Assembly: GCA_030018805.1 (NCBI GenBank)
Contig: JASEHL010000003.1
Coordinates: forward strand, 1-49,600
DNA length: 49,600 bases
Reading direction: 5' to 3'
DNA from: Patescibacteria group bacterium
Lineage (GTDB): Bacteria; Patescibacteriota; Minisyncoccia; Moranbacterales; UBA11712
A model generated the notes under the pieces. That model did not search any database, was not told the origin of the DNA, and worked only from the letters and a program-made list of their open reading frames with translations. Positions 44,303-49,600 of the stretch are shown piece after piece. Every line of letters begins with the position of its first letter. The stretch's first letter is position 1. A program made the translations under genes and the position numbers.

Positions 44303-45409
44303 ATGGAAACAACGAAAAATAAAAACGAACTTGTCTTCTATCACGCCTTTTCCTGCATCGGCGGGTTCGGACCCCAAAAGTTCAACAAACTGCTTTCTCG
44401 CTTCGGGACTCTTGAAAAGGCCTGGAGCGCGAGCCGGGAAGATTTGCTCGCCGCAGACATCGGACTGGCTGCGACAAAAAATTTTTTGGAAAAAAGAAAC
44501 GCTCTGGCGCCCGAAAAATTGTTTTCGGAACTCGAAAAAGACAACGTCGGCATCATCACCCAAAATCACGAATCTTATCCTCCACAGCTCAAGGAAATTC
44601 CTTCCGCTCCGACCGTTCTCTATGGAAGGGGAAACTTGGAAATTCTCAAAAGCAAATCCGTCGCCGTCGTTGGGTCGCGAAAATTCACGGAATATGGACG
44701 GCGAGTAACCCAAAATCTGTGCCGCGACTTGGTGCGCGCGAGACTGACGATCGTGAGCGGCCTTGCGCTTGGAATCGACGCCATCGCCCACCGCGCGGCG
44801 CTCGACGCTGAAGGCGCGACGATTGCGGTTTTGGGAACGGGCATCGACGACGCGACAATATATCCCCGCGATAATTTCAATTTGGCAAAAGATATCCTCT
44901 CGAGCGGCGGGACGCTCATCAGCGAATTTCCCCCGCGTACGCCTTCGCTTAAGCAGAATTTCCCGGCCCGCAACCGCATTATGGCCGGGCTCGCGCTCGG
45001 AACGCTCGTCGTGGAAGCCGCCGAGAGCTCCGGTTCGCTCATCACAGCGGGTCTGGCTCTTGAATTCAGCCGAGAGGTTTTTGCCGTCCCGGGGCCGATT
45101 TTTTCTCCCCAGTCGGCCGGCACAAATTATCTCATCAAAAACGGAGCGAAACTCACTGAATCGGCAGCTGATATTCTGCAAGAACTGAACCTGGACCGGT
45201 TCAAGGGCTCAATGCCCAAAAAGATTTTTGAGCCGAAGACAATCGAAGAAAAAGCCGTCTGGAACGTATTAGGCTCCGACCCTCTTCACGTTGACAGAAT
45301 TGCAAAATTGACTAAACTTAATCCAGCAGTGGCCGGTTCGACGCTCGCAATGATGGAAATCGAAGAAGCGGTGCGAAATGTGGGAGGGCAGAATTATATA
45401 AAAATGTGA
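44303..45409 (+). CDS. dprA: DNA processing protein DprA
   Basis: AVVGSR, VSGLALGID, FPARNRIMAG, EAAESSGSLIT, VFAVPG. Confidence 0.96.
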   Translation: METTKNKNELVFYHAFSCIGGFGPQKFNKLLSRFGTLEKAWSASREDLLAADIGLAATKNFLEKRNALAPEKLFSELEKDNVGIITQNHESYPPQLKEIPSAPTVLYGRGNLEILKSKSVAVVGSRKFTEYGRRVTQNLCRDLVRARLTIVSGLALGIDAIAHRAALDAEGATIAVLGTGIDDATIYPRDNFNLAKDILSSGGTLISEFPPRTPSLKQNFPARNRIMAGLALGTLVVEAAESSGSLITAGLALEFSREVFAVPGPIFSPQSAGTNYLIKNGAKLTESAADILQELNLDRFKGSMPKKIFEPKTIEEKAVWNVLGSDPLHVDRIAKLTKLNPAVAGSTLAMMEIEEAVRNVGGQNYIKM

Positions 45410-45413
45410 AGCT

Positions 45414-45431
45414 CCACGGGCAAGCCCGTGG
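45414..45431. repeat. REP / IS200-605 end-like hairpin
   Basis: CCACGGGC-AA-GCCCGTGG just after dprA stop. Confidence 0.5.
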
Positions 45432-45448
45432 CCCTCTGGTGCGTGGGT

Positions 45449-45585
45449 AAAATTAAAAATGAAAAGTGAAAAGTTAAGGAATCGCTTCGCGATGATTATT
45501 TTATAAAAAATCGTGAGCGTGCCTGTTGTTAGGCAGGCAAAGCGAACACCAAAATTTTTCATTTTTACTTTTTCATTTTTCATTT
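45449..45585. repeat. TGAAAA/TTTTCA heptamer stem-loop with nested hairpin
   Basis: Complementary arms fill dprA-topA gap; partial arm also at 43893-43925. Confidence 0.65.
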
Positions 45586-45587
45586 AT

Positions 45588-47927
45588 ATGCAACTTATCA
45601 TCGTCGAGTCTCCCACCAAAGCCCGGACCATTTCCAAATTTCTGGGCAGAGAGTATAAAGTCAAATCTTCGTTTGGCCATATTCGCGATCTTCCGCAAAA
45701 GGAAATGGGCGTTGACATTGAAAATAATTTCATACCAAAATACGTCGTCAACCGGAAAGCCCAGAAAAAAGTGAAGCCTCTCAAAGAAGAAATGAAAAAA
45801 GCCGCATCCGTGATACTCGCCACCGATGAAGACCGCGAGGGCGAAGCTATCGCCTGGCATCTTTCCGAAATACTGAAATTGAACCCGCAAGAAAAAAACC
45901 GGATCGTTTTTCATGAAATCACCAAAAAAGCCATCGAAGAAGCGCTGGAACGCCCGCGCTCGATCGATTTTCATCTCGTTGATGCCCAGCAGGCACGGCG
46001 TGTCCTCGACCGTCTTGTCGGATACGAACTTTCCCCGCTACTTTGGAAAAAAATCAAGCGGGGACTTTCCGCCGGACGCGTCCAGTCAATTGCCCTTCGA
46101 ATCATTTGCGAACGCGAGCGGGAAATTGAAAAATTTGAAAAGCAGGTATTTTGGGCTATATCTGCGATTCTCCGTCCGAAGGTTCGACCTTCGGAAGCTT
46201 CCGAAGGTCGAACCTTCGGATCGTTTGAAGCAACACTCACAGAACAAAGTGGCACAAAAATCGAGGAATCCGTCACGCTGAAGCTTTTTGCCGGAGACTA
46301 CAAGACCAAAAAAACGATTTTCGCCGATGAAAAAACAGCGCAGGAAATCAAAGCGGAACTTGAAAAAGCCGCGTATCAGGTTTCGGAAATCGCCAAAAAA
46401 GAAACTTCCCGCACTCCCCCTCCGCCCTTCACGACTTCAACGCTCCAGCAGGCGGCTATCAACTCACTCGGATTTTCCGCCAAACAGACGATGATGATCG
46501 CCCAGAAACTTTATGAACAGGGGCATATCACGTATATGCGCACCGACAGCGTGAATCTTTCCCTGCCGTCGATGCTGGCCGCGAAAAAAACGATCGAAAA
46601 GTTTTTTGGAAAAAATTACGCGCTTGAGAGCCCGCGGTTTTATAAAACCCGCGCGAAAGGAGCGCAAGAGGCTCACGAGGCTATCCGCCCGACTCATCCG
46701 GAAGTTGCGCCCGATGAGCTGAATGGTTCGCTTGACATCAATCAACACAAACTTTATCGCCTCATTTGGCGCCGGATGGTGGCCTCGCAAATGCAACCGG
46801 CAATTTTCGATTCGGTGAAAGTTTTGATAAGCGCAAAGAGCGACAAGAACGAATACATTTTCCAGGCCAACGGCTCGACGATCAAATTCGACGGGTATCT
46901 CAAGATATATGGGGATTCACCCCTCACCACTTCTCCCAACAAAAATGAGAAAGGTGAAAATCCCCCTAAAATCGATCAATTCAAAGAAGTGGTGAGGGGT
47001 AAGATACCCGTAACGGAAAATATTTTACCGCCGCTCGAAGAAAAAGAAATTTTGAATTTGGAGAAAATAAACACGACGCGAAAAGAAACCGCTCCGCCTC
47101 CCAGATACAACGAAGCGACGCTCGTGAAAGTCCTGGAAGAAAACGGGATCGGCCGGCCTTCGACCTACGCGCCGACTATTTCCACAATCATTGAGCGAAA
47201 ATATGTCGACAAAAACGAAGAGCGCCGCCTTTTCCCTCTTGAAATCGGATTTTTGGTCAATGATTTGCTCGTTGAGCATTTTGGGCAAATCGTTGACATG
47301 AAGTTCACCGCGACGCTCGAAGAGGATTTTGACCGAATTGCCGAAGGAAAAAAGCAGTGGGTTCCGGTCATTCGCGAATTCTACGAGCCGTTTCACAAAA
47401 ATTTGGAAGGCAAATCGAAGGAAATAAAAAAAGAAGACGTGCTCGAGAAGCTCGACAAAAAATGCCCCGAGTGCGGCGGCGACCTTCTGGTCCGCTTCGG
47501 AAGATTCGGAAAATTCATCGCCTGCAATAATTTTCCCAAATGCAAATATACGGAGAAAACCGCCGAAGAAAAAAAGGTTGAAGACGAAAACAGCGGCGAA
47601 ACTTGCGACAAATGCGGCGCGCCGATGGTTGTGAAGCGGGGAAAATACGGAGCGTTTTTGGGATGCTCAAAATATCCCGACTGCAAAAATATCAAGAAAA
47701 TAACATCGGACAAAACCACCGGCGTGAAATGCCCGAAATGTGAAAAGGGTGAAATTTTGGAGCGCCGCTCGCGAAAAGGCCGGCTTTTCTATGGCTGCAG
47801 CGCGTACCCCAAATGCGACTTTTCCCTTTGGAACCGCCCGACCGGAAAAAAGTGCGAAAAATGCGGAAGCTTGATGGTGTATCAGATGAAAGGAACGGAG
47901 AAATGCAGTAACAAAGAATGTAAGTAA
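45588..47927 (+). CDS. topA: Type IA DNA topoisomerase with C-terminal Zn ribbons
   Basis: IVESPTK, ATDEDREGE, SAGRVQS, ITYMRTDS, EAHEAIRP, GIGRPSTYA; start moved to MQLIIV. Confidence 0.97.
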   Translation: MQLIIVESPTKARTISKFLGREYKVKSSFGHIRDLPQKEMGVDIENNFIPKYVVNRKAQKKVKPLKEEMKKAASVILATDEDREGEAIAWHLSEILKLNPQEKNRIVFHEITKKAIEEALERPRSIDFHLVDAQQARRVLDRLVGYELSPLLWKKIKRGLSAGRVQSIALRIICEREREIEKFEKQVFWAISAILRPKVRPSEASEGRTFGSFEATLTEQSGTKIEESVTLKLFAGDYKTKKTIFADEKTAQEIKAELEKAAYQVSEIAKKETSRTPPPPFTTSTLQQAAINSLGFSAKQTMMIAQKLYEQGHITYMRTDSVNLSLPSMLAAKKTIEKFFGKNYALESPRFYKTRAKGAQEAHEAIRPTHPEVAPDELNGSLDINQHKLYRLIWRRMVASQMQPAIFDSVKVLISAKSDKNEYIFQANGSTIKFDGYLKIYGDSPLTTSPNKNEKGENPPKIDQFKEVVRGKIPVTENILPPLEEKEILNLEKINTTRKETAPPPRYNEATLVKVLEENGIGRPSTYAPTISTIIERKYVDKNEERRLFPLEIGFLVNDLLVEHFGQIVDMKFTATLEEDFDRIAEGKKQWVPVIREFYEPFHKNLEGKSKEIKKEDVLEKLDKKCPECGGDLLVRFGRFGKFIACNNFPKCKYTEKTAEEKKVEDENSGETCDKCGAPMVVKRGKYGAFLGCSKYPDCKNIKKITSDKTTGVKCPKCEKGEILERRSRKGRLFYGCSAYPKCDFSLWNRPTGKKCEKCGSLMVYQMKGTEKCSNKECK

Positions 47928-48037
47928 AAACTAACTTAGAAACTAAAATCGAAAAGCTAAAAACAACAACTTAAATTTAAAAGCTTTTAGTTTTTAGCTG
48001 CTGCTTTTACGTTTTAGTTTTTAGATTTTAGATTTTT

Positions 48038-49522
48038 ATGACTCTCGACAAACTCTATTCCCGCTACAAAAACCCCCTCAACGCCAAACAAAGGGCTGTC
48101 GTTGCCGAAGCTTTTGAGTTTTCCAAAAACGCGCACGCCGGTCAAAAAAGGAAAACGGGCGAAGACTATTTTGAACATTCCGTCCAGACGGCGGCCATTC
48201 TCGCCGAAATCGGGATGCGCTCGAAAACCACCGCGGCGGCGCTTCTTCACGATGTTCCGGAAGACACGAAATACACTCTTTCCGACATCCGCCAAAAATT
48301 CGGGGACGAAATCGCGGGACTCGTCGACGGCATCACGAAGCTCGGAAAATTCAAACTGCGGGGAGACAAAAAAGAAGTCCAGCTCGAAAACCTTCGCAAA
48401 ATTTTTCTGGCGATGGCCGAAGATATCCGGGTGGTTCTCATCAAACTCGCCGACCGGCTTCACAATATGAGGACTTTGGGCGCTCTTCCTCCGGAGAAAC
48501 AGCAAAGAATCGCGAAAGAGACCATGGAAATTTTTGCTCCCATCGCCAATCGGCTCGGAATCGGAGAAATAAAAGGCGAGCTCGAAGACTTGTCGTTCAA
48601 GTATCTTGACCCGAAAAATTTCGCGCTGGCGCGGGAAATCCTTGAAAAAGAATTCAAGGAGCAAAAAAAATACATCGACCTCGCGATTGAAGAGCTCAAA
48701 AAAGAACTCTCGGACAGCAAAATAAAAGTGATTGACGTTCACGGCCGGGCCAAGCATACCTATCGATTTTTTTTGAAGCTCAAAAAATACGACATGGACG
48801 TGAGCCGCGTTTATGACGTCATGGCGGTACGGGTGATTGTCCCAGCCATTCCCGACTGCTACGAAGCACTCGGAATTGTTCACAAAAAATATCGCCCGCT
48901 GGTCGGCCGCATCAAGGACTATATTTCCCTTCCCAAGCCCAACGGATACCGCTCGATTCACACGACTGTTTTCGGCCCAACGGGAAAAATCATCGAGGTG
49001 CAGATAAGAACGCCCCGGATGCATGACGAAGCCGAATTCGGTATCGCCGCCCATTGGATATATTCCTCGGCCAGAACCTGGCGCGACTATTTCCTTCGCC
49101 GTTATTCTCCGGAAGAAATTCCCGAGGAAGAACTGCAGTGGGTGAAACAGCTTCGCGAATGGCAAAAAGAGCTGGGGTCCGACAACATAGAATTCATGCA
49201 GGGCCTTCGGATTGATTTTTTTCAAAATCAGATTTTCGCTTTCACTCCCAAAGGAGACATCATCAATCTCCCCGAAGACGCCACCCCGATTGACTTCGCC
49301 TACGCGGTACACAGCGAAATCGGATGTCGCACCACCGGCGCTAAAGTGGACGGAAAATTGGTTCCGCTTGATTACAAAATTCGAAACGGGCAAGTGGTTG
49401 AAATTCTTGTTTCAAAAGACCTGAAAATGCCCAATCAGGACTGGTTGCGGATCGCCCGGACTTCCTACGCGCGGGGACGCATCCGCTCCCAACTGCGAAA
49501 AGCGGGAATAATGACAAAATAG
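48038..49522 (+). CDS. RelA/SpoT family (p)ppGpp synthetase/hydrolase (HD, synthetase, TGS; no ZFD/ACT)
   Basis: LLHDVPED, KLADRLHNMRT, GRAK, PKPNGYRSIHT, EVQIRT, FTPKG, DFAYAVHS. Confidence 0.95.
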   Translation: MTLDKLYSRYKNPLNAKQRAVVAEAFEFSKNAHAGQKRKTGEDYFEHSVQTAAILAEIGMRSKTTAAALLHDVPEDTKYTLSDIRQKFGDEIAGLVDGITKLGKFKLRGDKKEVQLENLRKIFLAMAEDIRVVLIKLADRLHNMRTLGALPPEKQQRIAKETMEIFAPIANRLGIGEIKGELEDLSFKYLDPKNFALAREILEKEFKEQKKYIDLAIEELKKELSDSKIKVIDVHGRAKHTYRFFLKLKKYDMDVSRVYDVMAVRVIVPAIPDCYEALGIVHKKYRPLVGRIKDYISLPKPNGYRSIHTTVFGPTGKIIEVQIRTPRMHDEAEFGIAAHWIYSSARTWRDYFLRRYSPEEIPEEELQWVKQLREWQKELGSDNIEFMQGLRIDFFQNQIFAFTPKGDIINLPEDATPIDFAYAVHSEIGCRTTGAKVDGKLVPLDYKIRNGQVVEILVSKDLKMPNQDWLRIARTSYARGRIRSQLRKAGIMTK

Positions 49523-49550
49523 TATATAGTATTTGGTATTTTTTACTCAC

Positions 49551-49598
49551 CAGTCCACCAGCTAAAGCTGGTGGGTTGAGTCGGGACTAAAAGTCCCT
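49551..49598. mobile_element. Probable IS200/IS605-family terminal hairpins; element may continue beyond window
   Basis: CCACCAGC-taaa-GCTGGTGG and GGGACT-aaa-AGTCCC; no transposase visible. Confidence 0.4.
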
Positions 49599-49600
49599 TT

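Noticed and set aside
44165-45181. 338-aa minus-strand ORF
   Set aside because: Antisense shadow of dprA running through a repeat.
48014-49393. 459-aa minus-strand ORF
   Set aside because: Antisense shadow of relA/spoT.
1-49600. tRNA or rRNA genes; alternative genetic code
   Set aside because: No cloverleaf or rRNA-like sequence recognised; conserved genes are intact under the standard bacterial code with TGA used as stop.

Overview
Bacterial chromosome window whose gene content and style (split comEC, class III RNR, C-terminally short RelA/SpoT, many AT-rich intergenic stem-loops) suggest a Patescibacteria/CPR genome; this taxonomy is inference. Housekeeping genes: Xaa-Pro peptidase, fhs, folA, thyA, an NMP kinase, capA-like, comEC, apbE, nrdR-nrdD-nrdG, ftsA-ftsZ, dgkA, ybeY, rpsU, HIT, hisS, lepB, LCP, pth, dprA, topA, relA/spoT. 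Two accessory systems stand out. (1) At 0.1-2.4 kb are three minus-strand cassettes, each built as sigma70 promoter, near-leaderless short peptide with a run of one amino-acid class (Ile; Leu/Val; Phe/Trp/Tyr), antiterminator/terminator pair, then a small hypothetical ORF. They look like ribosome-stalling attenuators that control unknown small proteins rather than biosynthetic genes; none of the leaders is in the supplied ORF track. (2) At 18.6-32.8 kb is an AT-rich, expanded His-Xaa-Ser (Hxs) RiPP-like operon: one (HxS)n precursor, HxsB, two HxsD-like proteins, eight radical-SAM domains in seven proteins, an A24 prepilin-type peptidase, a possible ABBA prenyltransferase, a methyltransferase and a Cys-rich membrane-anchored protein. 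Also seen: a promoter- and terminator-bounded structured ncRNA between pth and dprA, a 9-aa micro-ORF with a strong RBS, and several families of palindromic or heptamer repeats, some translated in frame inside housekeeping proteins.
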